The translations under genes were made by a program, and so were the position numbers. This document shows positions 1-9,697 of a DNA stretch of 64,000 bases, one piece after another. The first letter of the stretch is position 1; each line of letters starts with the position of its first letter. Under the pieces are notes generated by a model. That model had not been told where the DNA came from. It saw only the letters and a program-made list of their open reading frames with translations, and searched no databases. This stretch comes from Alphaproteobacteria bacterium (GTDB lineage Bacteria; Pseudomonadota; Alphaproteobacteria; SP197): contig OZ219747.1 in assembly GCA_964291265.2 (NCBI GenBank), positions 1,344,001 through 1,408,000 of the forward strand, in the 5' to 3' direction.

Positions 1-1
1 T

Positions 2-583
2 CTCGCCGAACTGCGGGTACGCCGGCTCGTCTACCCGTGTTTCTGCACGCGCCGCCAGATCGCCCGGGAGGTCGAACTGGCGCAGGCAGCGCCCCATGGC
101 CCGCTGGGCCTCATCTATCCTGGAACCTGTCGCACGCTCGCCGCTGCAGAGGTCGAGGCAAGACTGGAGGCCGGCGACCATCACGCCTGGCGGCTCGATG
201 TCACGCGGGCAATGGACGAGACGGGCCCGTTGGCATGGCGCACGCTCGAAGGCAGCACGATCCCGGTCGATACGGGGATAGCCGGTGACGTGGTTCTGGC
301 ACGCAAGGACATTCCCACCAGCTATCACCTTGCCGTTACCCATGACGACCATGTCCAGGGCGTGACGGTGGTCACGCGGGGCTGCGATCTCGCCCCCGCC
401 ACCCATGTCCACTGCTTGATCCGCCGGCTCATGGGCTGGAAGGAACCGCTCCATCGCCACCACCGCCTGCTTCTCGGAGAGGACGGCCGGCGTCATGCCA
501 AGCGCGATGGCTCGGTAACGGTCCGGTCGTTGCGCGAATCGGGTCTGACGCCCGAAGAGGTGCTCGCCATGGCACGGCCATGA
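2..583 (+). CDS. gluQ: Glutamyl-Q tRNA(Asp) synthetase, 5'-partial
   Basis: The frame is open from the window start. It reads YPCFCTR...YPGTCR, GDVVLARKD, SYHLAVTHDD, VTRGCDL and a KMSKS-equivalent RHAKR, with no anticodon-binding domain. Confidence 0.85.
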   Translation, partial: LAELRVRRLVYPCFCTRRQIAREVELAQAAPHGPLGLIYPGTCRTLAAAEVEARLEAGDHHAWRLDVTRAMDETGPLAWRTLEGSTIPVDTGIAGDVVLARKDIPTSYHLAVTHDDHVQGVTVVTRGCDLAPATHVHCLIRRLMGWKEPLHRHHRLLLGEDGRRHAKRDGSVTVRSLRESGLTPEEVLAMARP

Positions 584-848
584 TGACCCCGTCGTCGGTC
601 GAACAGGCGACGGGGCCCTCTCGAAAGGACGGCGCCAGGCTCGTCCGGTCCGATCGCGTCCATTCTCGCTCTGAGGCCGGCCGACACGAACGGCCTCCCG
701 TGGTGGCCGTGAATGCGGGAAAACCTGCCTTGGAAATCTCTCTGTCACTCGCAGGAACCGTCGAGCGGAATCACACAGCGGCGATGGCGCCGCCAGGACT
801 GATCGGGGAGTATCTGCCGCATGTGCTCCAACATGGAGGAAGGGACCC

Positions 849-1799
849 GTGATGATGACGTCGATCTTCGATTCCAGGGTCTACCGTCCCACCGCCGGCT
901 TCATGGATGCGCCCGTCACCTGGACTCTCGACGGCTGCCGTCTGGCGATCGTCGGCATGCCCTTTGACTGTGGCATTCATCCGACACGCATCGGGTCACG
1001 CCTGGGACCGGCGTCCATTCGCCAGCAGTCCGGACTTGTGCGTCCCTATCATCCGCCTCTCGATGACACCAACCCGCTGAGCGCACTCGGTGTCATCGAC
1101 TGCGGCGATGCCCTGATAACGCCAGGCCGTCCCGAACCTTCCTTCGAGGTCATGGAGGAAGCGGTGTGGCGGATTGCCCGCGAGGGTGTGGCGACACTGA
1201 CGATGGGAGGCGACGGTCTCGTCACGTTGCCACAGTTGCGCGCCTGGCGCCGGGTCCATGACGACCTCTGCGTCATCCATGTCGATGCCCACACCGACGC
1301 CTATCCAGCCACCGGCCAGGATCGCATCTCGCCCGCCACCACGTTCACCATTGCCGCCGAGGAAAACCTGATCGATGCCGCCTCCACGTTCCACGTCGGT
1401 GCTCGCGGCCCGGTTTTCATGGGCGGCGTGTTCGAGCACACGAAGGCCATCGGCTATCACCTCATTCCCGATGTCGAGATGCGGCGACAGGGCCTCGAGG
1501 CCACCGCCGCCCTGCTGCAGGAGCGCCTTGCCGGCCGCAAGGTCTACCTGTGCTGGGACATGGACGTCTTCGATCCGTCCTGCGCTCCCGGTGTCGCCAC
1601 GCCGACCTGGGAAGGTCTCAGCGCCGCCGAGGGACTGGGTTTCCTGCGCTCACTGGCCGGTCTCGACATCGTCTCGGTCGATGTCAACACGGTTTCACCG
1701 CCCCACGACGTGGGTGGCATGACCGCCTACCTCGCCGGTTGCGTCATGCTGGAGGGCATGCGTCTCGTTGCAGCTTCCCCGTCCCTTGGTCGACAATGA
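849..1799 (+). CDS. Agmatinase/ureohydrolase (arginase family)
   Basis: Motifs GMPFD, GSRLGP, GGDG, DAHTD and DMDVFDPS..PGVATP; SD GGAGG upstream. Confidence 0.85.
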   Translation: MMMTSIFDSRVYRPTAGFMDAPVTWTLDGCRLAIVGMPFDCGIHPTRIGSRLGPASIRQQSGLVRPYHPPLDDTNPLSALGVIDCGDALITPGRPEPSFEVMEEAVWRIAREGVATLTMGGDGLVTLPQLRAWRRVHDDLCVIHVDAHTDAYPATGQDRISPATTFTIAAEENLIDAASTFHVGARGPVFMGGVFEHTKAIGYHLIPDVEMRRQGLEATAALLQERLAGRKVYLCWDMDVFDPSCAPGVATPTWEGLSAAEGLGFLRSLAGLDIVSVDVNTVSPPHDVGGMTAYLAGCVMLEGMRLVAASPSLGRQ

Positions 1800-1998
1800 T
1801 CCCGGCTGCCGGCCGAGTCGTCCTGTCGGGTCTGCTGTCCAGGTGCCCATGAACGGAGCACGCCGGTCGGCATTCCGGCTTCCCTGAGACAGCTTCCGAC
1901 TCTCCCCGAAGGGCAAGCCCGGTCACAGTGCGCATCGAAGGCCGCTCGTGCGGCGGTCCCGCGCTGTCGGCGCGGCAACGTGGAATTCCTCGCGTCAC

Positions 1999-2029
1999 TT
2001 GACATGCCGGGAAAGAACAAATAAAGAAC
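1999..2029 (+). promoter_or_regulatory. Sigma70 -35 (TTGACA 1999-2004) and alphaproteobacterial LexA box GAAC-N7-GAAC (2015-2029)
   Basis: GAACaaataaaGAAC lies directly upstream of imuA and overlaps the expected -10 position. Confidence 0.85.
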
Positions 2030-2033
2030 AAAC

Positions 2034-2879
2034 ATGACTTCCTCCTGTTCCCCCGAAAGAGTGGACGCCGGCTCCGGTGCGCCTGCCGCCTCGAAGGGCG
2101 GCGGCCTTGCAGTGCTGCGCCGGCGCGTCGCGGCACTGGAGCGGCGCTCGCCGGGACCGGCGAATCCCGTTGACCTGCGGCAGTCCTGGCGAACCGGGAT
2201 CGAGGCGCTGGACGGAGCGCTGCCGACGGCATCCGGACTGATCCTGGACGGGGTGCACGAAGCGGCCGGCGCATCCCCGGCCGACCGACCGGCGGCCCTG
2301 GCCTTTCTTGCCGCCCTGCTGATCCGACTCGACCGGCACGGTCCGGTGACGGTCTGCCAGGGTCCCGGCAGTGTCGCCCGGCTGGGCCGACTCTACGGAC
2401 CGGGCTGGCGGGATCTCGGCGCGGATCCGGCGGACCTGGTGATCGTCGAGGTCCGGCACGAACGGGATGTCCTGTGGGTGATGGAGGAGAGTTTGCGCAG
2501 TGGCGCGGCTGCGGCGGTTCTCGGCGAGACGGAACAGCTTGCCTTCGTCGCCAGTCGTCGCCTGGCGCTGGCTGCGCGCGAGGGTGGGACACCCTTGCTG
2601 CTGCTGCGCGGCGACGGGCTCGCTTCGGCGAGCGCCGCCTTCTCGCGCTGGCGTGTTGCGGCGTGGCCGGGTTCTGCCTCGCCGTTCGACGACGCCGCTC
2701 CCGGCCTGCCTCGCTGGCGCCTGGAGTTGACGCGCTGCCGGGGCGGGCGGCCCGTGGCCTCTATCGTGGAGTGGAACCGTGAGACGGGTGATTTCGATAT
2801 GGTTGCCACGCTGGCCGATCGACCGGCTGCGCTGCACGCGGCGGCTCGCCGCCCCGCCCTCGGGCGGGCTGCCGGCTGA
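2034..2879 (+). CDS. imuA: ImuA, RecA-like SOS mutagenesis protein
   Basis: TGIEALDGALP, LWVMEESLRSG, SRRLALAAREGG and RWRLELTRCRGG; first gene of the cassette. Confidence 0.9.
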   Translation: MTSSCSPERVDAGSGAPAASKGGGLAVLRRRVAALERRSPGPANPVDLRQSWRTGIEALDGALPTASGLILDGVHEAAGASPADRPAALAFLAALLIRLDRHGPVTVCQGPGSVARLGRLYGPGWRDLGADPADLVIVEVRHERDVLWVMEESLRSGAAAAVLGETEQLAFVASRRLALAAREGGTPLLLLRGDGLASASAAFSRWRVAAWPGSASPFDDAAPGLPRWRLELTRCRGGRPVASIVEWNRETGDFDMVATLADRPAALHAAARRPALGRAAG

Positions 2880-4332
2880 ACCGCTTCCGTTCGCGCTTAC
2901 CGCGCCGGGCCGGCACGGCGTGGTGCTGGCGGCGGTCGACCGGCAGGCCGAAGCGGGAGGGCTTGTCACCGGCATGCGGCTGGCGGACGCCCGCGCCCTC
3001 CTGCCCCGCCTCGCCACCGCCGGATCCCGGCCTGAAGAAGACCGGCGTGGTCTTGAACGCCTCGCACTGTGGTGCCGCCGCTTCACGCCCTCGAGCGCGG
3101 TCGACGGTGTGGATGGCCTGCTGCTCGACATCACGGGCTGCGCCCATCTCTTCGGCGGCGAGGCGGCGATGACGGTGGAGGTGGAGTCGCGCCTTGCGGG
3201 GCTTGGTTTCGAGACGCAGGTTGGCCTTGCCGACACTCCCGCTGCCGCCTGGGCGCTCGCCCGCTTCGGCGACGGGGCCCGGCGCATCGCCGAACCCTGC
3301 CGGACCCTGGCCGTTCTGGCGCCATTGCCGGTCGAGGCGCTCGGGCTTGCATCTGAAGACACCCGCCTGTTGCGCCGCCTCGGCCTTGCGACCGTCGGTG
3401 TGGTGGAAGCCTTGCCGCGCGCGGCGCTTGCCCGCCGCTTCGGCCGGCCCAGTGGTGCCGTGCTGCACCGTCTCGACTGCGCCCTCGGGCGCCGCGCCGA
3501 CCCTGTTGCGTCCCTGCCGCCGCCTGCCTGCCTTGCACGCCTTGCCTTTGCGGAGCCGCTGATCGATCTCGCGGCGCTGGAGGCGGCTCTGGCACGTCTG
3601 CTGGACAGTCTCTCTGCCTCGCTGGAGCGGAAAGGACTGGGCGTGCGGGGACTCGTGCTCCTGCTCTTCCGGGTGGATGGCGGCACGGCGCGATGCCGTG
3701 TTTCCACCGCACGCGCCACCCGAGATAGCGCACATCTTGGAGGCCTCTTCGCTGGAAAGATCGAGACCGTGGACCCCGGTTTCGGGATCGACGCCATGGT
3801 GCTCCACGCGGTTTGCACCGAGCCGCTGGCGCCGGAGCAATACCGGCTGGCGGTTGGCGGACCGCAGGGCAGGGACGGCGAATTCGCCCGCCTGATCGAT
3901 CGCCTGCAGGCCCGCCTCGGGAAGGGGTCCGTCTTTCGCCTCGAACCGGTCGCAAGCCACCTGCCGGAGCGCGCCGAGCGGCGGACGTCCCCCGATGGCA
4001 AGGACGCGATGCGGCCCGCGCCGCCAGGGATGCCGCAACGGCCCCTGCGCCTGTTCGACCGGCCCGAGCCGGTGGACGCCGCAGCGCAAGGACCGGACGG
4101 ACCGCCGGTGATGTTCACCTGGCGCCGGCTCCGCTGCCGCATCGTCCGCGCCGAGGGTCCCGAGCGCATCGAGCCGGAATGGTGGGCCGGCGCTCTGGAG
4201 GAGAGGCCACGCGACTATTACCGTGTCGAGGATCAGGACGGCCGCCGCTACTGGCTCTTCCGCGCCGGACTCTGCCGGGACGCCGGTGGCAAGGGGCCGC
4301 CCCGCTGGTACATCCACGGGCTTTACGGATGA
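2779..4332 (+). CDS. imuB: ImuB, inactive Y-family polymerase
   Basis: SIWLPRWPIDR, LDITGCAHLFGGE, GPERIEPEWW and RDYYRVED..GRRYWLFR. Confidence 0.92.
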   Translation: MRRVISIWLPRWPIDRLRCTRRLAAPPSGGLPAEPLPFALTAPGRHGVVLAAVDRQAEAGGLVTGMRLADARALLPRLATAGSRPEEDRRGLERLALWCRRFTPSSAVDGVDGLLLDITGCAHLFGGEAAMTVEVESRLAGLGFETQVGLADTPAAAWALARFGDGARRIAEPCRTLAVLAPLPVEALGLASEDTRLLRRLGLATVGVVEALPRAALARRFGRPSGAVLHRLDCALGRRADPVASLPPPACLARLAFAEPLIDLAALEAALARLLDSLSASLERKGLGVRGLVLLLFRVDGGTARCRVSTARATRDSAHLGGLFAGKIETVDPGFGIDAMVLHAVCTEPLAPEQYRLAVGGPQGRDGEFARLIDRLQARLGKGSVFRLEPVASHLPERAERRTSPDGKDAMRPAPPGMPQRPLRLFDRPEPVDAAAQGPDGPPVMFTWRRLRCRIVRAEGPERIEPEWWAGALEERPRDYYRVEDQDGRRYWLFRAGLCRDAGGKGPPRWYIHGLYG

Positions 4333-7300
4333 GCAGCGTCGCTTATGCGGAATTGCAGGCGAGCAGCAATTTCAGCTTCCTGCGCGGCGCTTCCCATGTG
4401 GAAGAGCTGGTGGAGGAGGCCGCGCGACTCGGACTCGCGGCCATCGGCATTGCCGACCGCAACACCCTTGCCGGCGCAGTGCGTGCCCACGTGGCGGCGA
4501 AGCGTGCCGGCATCCGACTCCTGACCGGGGCGCGGCTCGACCTTGCCGACCGCACCTCGCTGCTCTGCTACCCCCGCGACCGCGCTGCCTGGGGCCGCCT
4601 CTGCCGCTTGCTCACTCTCGGTCAGCAGCGTGTGGGCAAGGGCGAATGCCTGCTCTACCGGGAGGACCTGCTTGCCCATGCCGAGGGGCAGCTGCTGATC
4701 GCGCTGCCCCCGGAAGACGGCAGCGGCAAGGGTTTCGAGACGAGGCTCGCCAGGCTCCGCCGCGCGCATGGCGGGCCGTTCTATCTCGCCGCGCACATGC
4801 TCCGCCGAGGCGGCGACCGCGCCCGTCTCCACCGCCTGGCGACGCTTGCGGAATGCACCGGTACGCCGCTTCTGGCCACCAACGACGTCCATTACCACCA
4901 TCCGGGGCGACGACCGCTTCATGATGTGCTGACGGCCGTTCGCGAGCATGTGACCGTGGCGCAGGCGGGCTGGCGCCTCGCCGCCAATGCCGAGCGCCAC
5001 CTCAAGGAGGGAGGCGAGATCGCACGTCTCTTCCGAGGTCATGAGGAAGCGGTGGCGCGGAGTCTCGAAGCCGTTTCCCTTTGCCGCTTCAGTCTCGACG
5101 AGATCGCCTATGAATATCCCGATGAGCCGGTGCCGCCCGGTTCCACGCCGCAGCGCCATCTGGAGGCGCTCGTCCGGAAGGGTGCGGCCTGGCGTTATCC
5201 GGACGGCATCCCGGAGAAGGTCTCCGCCGCGCTCCGCCACGAGCTCGGGCTGATCGATGAACTGGACTATGCGCCCTATTTCCTCACCGTTCACGACATC
5301 GTGTGTTTTGCCAGGAAGAAAGGCATTCTCTGCCAGGGGCGGGGATCGGCGGCGAACTCGGCCGTCTGCTACTGTCTCGGCATCACCGCCATCGATCCGG
5401 TGCGGATCGACCTGCTGTTCGAGCGCTTCGTCTCCCGTGAGCGCCGCGAGCCACCCGATATCGACGTCGATTTCGAGCATGAGAAGCGTGAGCAGGTGAT
5501 CCGGTACATCTACGAGCGCTACGGCCGCGAACGTGCCGGGATCGCCGCCACCGTCATCTCCTACCGCGCCCGCAGCGCCGTGCGTGATGTGGGGAAGGCA
5601 ATGGGACTCTCCGAGGATACCGCCGCGGCGCTGGCTGCCGCCGTCCGCGACATGCACCATGAGGGCGCGTCCGAACGGCGTCTCCGCGAGGCCGGGCTTG
5701 ACCCTGCCGATCCGCTGCTCCGCCGGACCGTCGCGCTCGCGGCGGAACTGCAGGGCTTCCCCCGCCATCTCTCGCAGCATGTCGGCGGCTTCGTTCTGAC
5801 GCGCGACCGACTCGACGAGATCGTGCCCATCGGCAATGCGGGGATGAAGGATCGCACCTTCATCGAATGGGACAAGGACGACCTCAAGGCGCTCGGCCTC
5901 ATGAAGATCGACGTACTCGGTCTCGGCATGCTGACCTGCATCCGCAAGGCCTTCGAACTTCTGGGCGCGTTCAAGGGCCTGGACCTCGCGCTCGCCACCG
6001 TGCCGATGGAGGACGGGCAGGTCTACGACATGCTCTGCCGGGCCGACACGATAGGCGTCTTCCAGGTCGAGAGCCGGGCGCAGATGAACATGCTGCCGCG
6101 GTTGAAGCCACGGTGCTTCTACGATCTGGTGATCGAGGTGGCGATCGTGCGGCCGGGCCCGATCCAGGGCGACATGGTGCATCCCTATCTGCGCCGGCGG
6201 GACGGGCTGGAAAAAGTGATCTATCCGGCGCCCGCGCCCGAGCACGGGCCGCCGGACGAGTTGCGCGAGATCCTGGAGAAGACACTCGGCGTGCCGCTCT
6301 TCCAGGAACAGGCGATGCACATCGCCATGAGGGCTGCCCGGTTCACGCCGGATGAGGCCAATGTGCTGCGCCATGCCATGGCGACCTTCCGCAAGCGTGG
6401 CACGCTCGGCCGCTTGCGGGACCGAATGGTGGACCGGATGACCGCGCGCGGCTACGACCCGGAACTTGCGGCGCGATGCTTTCGCCAGATCGAGGGCTTC
6501 GGGGATTACGGCTTCCCCGAAGCCCATGCCGCGAGCTTTGCACTGCTGGCCTGGGTCTCCTCCTGGCTCAAATGCCACCACCCGGAGGTCTTTGCCTGTG
6601 CGCTGCTCAATTCCCAGCCGATGGGCTTCTATGCTGCCGCCCAGATCGTGCGCGACGCACGCGAACACGGGGTCAAGGTGCTTCCGGTCGATGTTCATGC
6701 GAGCGGCTGGGACAACAACCTGGAGCGCATGGAGGACGGACACCAGGCGCTCAGGCTTGGCTTTCGCCAGATCACCGGTTTCAGCAAGGGGGATGCGAAG
6801 CGCATCGTGGGCGCCCGCGACGGCAGCTCCTGGCCCGATATCGCTGCCATGCAGCGCCACACAGGCCTCGGTGCCGCTGCCATCGAGACGCTGGCCGCCG
6901 CAGACGCCTTCGGCTCCATGGGACTCGACCGGCGCCAGGCCCTCTGGCAGGCCCGTGCCTTGCCGAAGGGAGAGCCGCTGCCATTGTTCGAGGCGGCGAC
7001 GGGACCGGTCGAGGGCGCAGAAACGCCGGCCGCGCTGCCTGTCATGGCGCCGGGCGAGGAGGTTGTCGAGGACTACCGTTCACTCAGGCTTTCGCTTCGG
7101 GCGCATCCGGTCGCCTTCCTGCGCGAGCGCCTGGCGAAGGAGAGCGTGCTTGCGGCCGAGGCGGTGGCCCGTGCCCGGGGCGGCGAGCGCGCATCCACGG
7201 CCGGCCTCGTCCTGGTCCGCCAGCGCCCGGGCAGCGCCAGCGGCGTTGTCTTCATGACGCTGGAAGACGAAACCGGCGTTGTGAACATCGTGGTCTGGCC

Positions 7301-7541
7301 CCGGGTGCTGGAGGATTTCCGCAGGGCGGTGCTGGGCGCGCGTCTCGTCCTGGTCCGGGGGCGCATTCAGCGCGCCGGTGACATCGTCCATCTCGTCGCC
7401 GACCGGCTGGAGGACCGGACCGGCTGGCTCGACCTGTTGACGCCGGAAGACGGGGCCGCGCCGCTGCCAGGCCCCGTCGCCTTCCCCTCGCGCCATCCGC
7501 GGAACGTACGCACGATCCCGGGATCACGCGATTTCCGGTGA
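4329..7541 (+). CDS. dnaE2: Error-prone DNA polymerase DnaE2 (ImuC)
   Basis: ATGA overlap with the imuB stop. Reads YAELQASSNFSFLRGAS, QGRGSAANS, PPDIDVDFEH and ends in the C-terminal SRDFR motif. Confidence 0.95.
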   Translation: MSSVAYAELQASSNFSFLRGASHVEELVEEAARLGLAAIGIADRNTLAGAVRAHVAAKRAGIRLLTGARLDLADRTSLLCYPRDRAAWGRLCRLLTLGQQRVGKGECLLYREDLLAHAEGQLLIALPPEDGSGKGFETRLARLRRAHGGPFYLAAHMLRRGGDRARLHRLATLAECTGTPLLATNDVHYHHPGRRPLHDVLTAVREHVTVAQAGWRLAANAERHLKEGGEIARLFRGHEEAVARSLEAVSLCRFSLDEIAYEYPDEPVPPGSTPQRHLEALVRKGAAWRYPDGIPEKVSAALRHELGLIDELDYAPYFLTVHDIVCFARKKGILCQGRGSAANSAVCYCLGITAIDPVRIDLLFERFVSRERREPPDIDVDFEHEKREQVIRYIYERYGRERAGIAATVISYRARSAVRDVGKAMGLSEDTAAALAAAVRDMHHEGASERRLREAGLDPADPLLRRTVALAAELQGFPRHLSQHVGGFVLTRDRLDEIVPIGNAGMKDRTFIEWDKDDLKALGLMKIDVLGLGMLTCIRKAFELLGAFKGLDLALATVPMEDGQVYDMLCRADTIGVFQVESRAQMNMLPRLKPRCFYDLVIEVAIVRPGPIQGDMVHPYLRRRDGLEKVIYPAPAPEHGPPDELREILEKTLGVPLFQEQAMHIAMRAARFTPDEANVLRHAMATFRKRGTLGRLRDRMVDRMTARGYDPELAARCFRQIEGFGDYGFPEAHAASFALLAWVSSWLKCHHPEVFACALLNSQPMGFYAAAQIVRDAREHGVKVLPVDVHASGWDNNLERMEDGHQALRLGFRQITGFSKGDAKRIVGARDGSSWPDIAAMQRHTGLGAAAIETLAAADAFGSMGLDRRQALWQARALPKGEPLPLFEAATGPVEGAETPAALPVMAPGEEVVEDYRSLRLSLRAHPVAFLRERLAKESVLAAEAVARARGGERASTAGLVLVRQRPGSASGVVFMTLEDETGVVNIVVWPRVLEDFRRAVLGARLVLVRGRIQRAGDIVHLVADRLEDRTGWLDLLTPEDGAAPLPGPVAFPSRHPRNVRTIPGSRDFR

Positions 7542-7557
7542 GATGGTGAGCCGGCGC

Positions 7558-9540
7558 TTATGGTGTTCCGGCGGCGATGTCGGCGATGTCGCGGATGATG
7601 GCCGTGATGTCGTAGTCCCGCGGCGAGTAGGTTCTTGCCACACCGGCCTCCTCGAGGAGCGGGATGTCGGCATCGGGAATGATGCCGCCGACGACGATGG
7701 GAACGGCATCGCAGCCCTCCTCGTCCATGAGGCGCCGGATCTCCGTCACGAGGCGGATATGGGCGCCCGAGAGAATGGAGAGTCCGACCACGTGCACGCT
7801 CTCTTCGAGAGCGGACGAGGCAATCTGTTCGGGCGACAGCCTGATCCCCTGGTAGACGACCTCGACACCGCAGTCGCGGGCGCGCAGGGCAATCTGTTCG
7901 GCGCCATTCGAGTGGCCATCGAGCCCGGGCTTGCCGACAAGGAGTTTCAGCCTGCGACCCAGGGCCTGCGACGCCCGTTCCACGTGGCGCCGGGCAGTGG
8001 CGAGGTCACCGCTGGACACCGCCGGCGCCGCCGACAGTCCGGTGGGTGCCCGGTAGCCACCGAAGATTTCGCGCAGGGCTCCGCCCCACTCTCCGGTGGT
8101 CACCCTTGCCCCGGCACAGGCAATGGAGGGCTCCATGATGTTGCGGCCCTCGCGGGCAGCCGCCTTCAGATCATCGAGGGCCGCGCCTGCCGCACTGTCA
8201 TCACGACTGGCGCGCCATGCCGCCAGGCTGGCGATCTGTGACTCCTCGGCATCATGCGACACGGTCATGAAACCGTGGTCGGCAAGCGGCGAAGGCGCCG
8301 ATTCGGTGAACACGTTGACGCCGACGACCGGCGTTTCGCCCGATTCGATCGCGGCAAGTCTCCGTGCGTTCGATTCGACCAGGCGCTGTTTCATGTAGCC
8401 TGATTCAACTGCGGCGAGGGCGCCGCCCGCCCTGTCGATGACATCGAGTTCCTGCAGGGCCGCCTGCTTGAGGTCCTCGACCTTCGATTCGATGGCGGCG
8501 TTGCCGTCGAAGATGTCGTCGAACTCCAGGATGTCGGTTTCCATGGCGACGATCTGCTGCAGGCGCAGGCTCCACTGCTGGTCCCATGGCCGTGGCAGGC
8601 CAAGCGCCTCGTTCCACGCCGGCAACTGGACGGCGCGGGCCCGTGCCTTCCTCGAGAGGGTCACCGCGAGCATCTCGAGGAGAATGCGGTAGACATTGTT
8701 TTCCGGCTGCTGTTCCGTCAGTCCCAGCGAGTTGACCTGCACGCCGTAGCGGAAGCGGCGGAGCCGCGCATCCTGGATGCCGTAGCGCTTGAGCGTGATG
8801 TCGTCCCACAGTTCGGTGAAGGCCCGCATCTTGCACATTTCCGTGATGAACCGGATACCGGCGTTGACGAAGAAGCTGATGCGCCCCACGACCCGGGCGA
8901 AGCCCTCGTCCGTGACCTCGCCCGAGTCCCTGATCGCATCGAGGATGGAGACGGCGTTGGCCAGCGAGAAGGCGATCTCCTGGACCGGCGTCGCCCCTGC
9001 TTCCTGCAGGTGATAGGGGCAGACATTGACCGGGTTCCAGGCGGGTGTTTCACGGACCGAGAAGAGAATCGTGTCCGTCGTCAGCCTGAGAGAGGGTCCG
9101 GGCGGAAAAATATAGGTGCCGCGGGACAGGTACTCCTTGACGATGTCGTTCTGGATGGTCCCCTGGAGCGCCTTGCGGGTCACACCGCGCCTGTCGGCAA
9201 GCGCGATGTAGAGGGCGAAGAGCCATGGCGCGGTGGCGTTGATCGTCATCGACGTGTTCATGCGCTCGAGAGGGATGCCCTCGAACAGGGTTTCCATGTC
9301 GCCGAGATGGGAGACGGGAACTCCGACGCGCCCGACCTCGCCGCGGGCGATCGCCTCGTCGGCGTCGTGACCTGTCTGGGTCGGCAGGTCGAAGGCCACC
9401 GACAATCCCGTCTGCCCACGCTCCAGGTTCGTGCGGTAGAGCCTGTTGGAGTCCCTTGCCGTACTGTGGCCGGAATAGGTCCGCATGAGCCACGGACGAT
9501 CCCTGTTCCGGCCGGGACTGGAGGGGGAGGAACTTGTCAT
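7558..9540 (-). CDS. ecm: Ethylmalonyl-CoA mutase (MeaA/Ecm), B12-dependent
   Basis: RDRPWLMRTYSGHS, LSVAFDLPTQTG and the B12-binding GKPGLDGHSNGAEQI; divergent from ccrA. Confidence 0.92.
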   Translation of the reverse strand: MTSSSPSSPGRNRDRPWLMRTYSGHSTARDSNRLYRTNLERGQTGLSVAFDLPTQTGHDADEAIARGEVGRVGVPVSHLGDMETLFEGIPLERMNTSMTINATAPWLFALYIALADRRGVTRKALQGTIQNDIVKEYLSRGTYIFPPGPSLRLTTDTILFSVRETPAWNPVNVCPYHLQEAGATPVQEIAFSLANAVSILDAIRDSGEVTDEGFARVVGRISFFVNAGIRFITEMCKMRAFTELWDDITLKRYGIQDARLRRFRYGVQVNSLGLTEQQPENNVYRILLEMLAVTLSRKARARAVQLPAWNEALGLPRPWDQQWSLRLQQIVAMETDILEFDDIFDGNAAIESKVEDLKQAALQELDVIDRAGGALAAVESGYMKQRLVESNARRLAAIESGETPVVGVNVFTESAPSPLADHGFMTVSHDAEESQIASLAAWRASRDDSAAGAALDDLKAAAREGRNIMEPSIACAGARVTTGEWGGALREIFGGYRAPTGLSAAPAVSSGDLATARRHVERASQALGRRLKLLVGKPGLDGHSNGAEQIALRARDCGVEVVYQGIRLSPEQIASSALEESVHVVGLSILSGAHIRLVTEIRRLMDEEGCDAVPIVVGGIIPDADIPLLEEAGVARTYSPRDYDITAIIRDIADIAAGTP

Positions 9541-9576
9541 GACATCCATCCACGCACGGTCACCGTTCAATCATGC

Positions 9577-9666
9577 TGCGATGCAATAAGCGTTGCAAAC
9601 ACCTGACTGACCAAAAACAATGGGGATTGCAGCTGGTTCTCCGTTGACATGTTGCAGCGCAACATG
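9577..9666. promoter_or_regulatory. Two TGC-N3-GCA operator-like sites (PhaR-type) in the ecm/ccrA divergent promoter
   Basis: TGCGATGCA at 9577-9585. The palindrome CATGTTGC-agc-GCAACATG at 9648-9666 overlaps TTGACA at 9644-9649. Confidence 0.55.
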
Positions 9667-9697
9667 AAAGTGGCCGGGTTGAAGACGACGGGAGCAC

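Noticed and set aside
3813-4328. 172-aa N-terminal extension of DnaE2 (1242-aa ORF)
   Set aside because: It overlaps imuB in another frame; homology starts at the ATG at 4329.
1995-6860. Long antisense ORFs (1995-4169, 2761-4317, 4323-6860; likewise 39020-40993, 49050-51650, 51499-53289)
   Set aside because: These are shadow frames of high-GC genes with no recognisable motifs.
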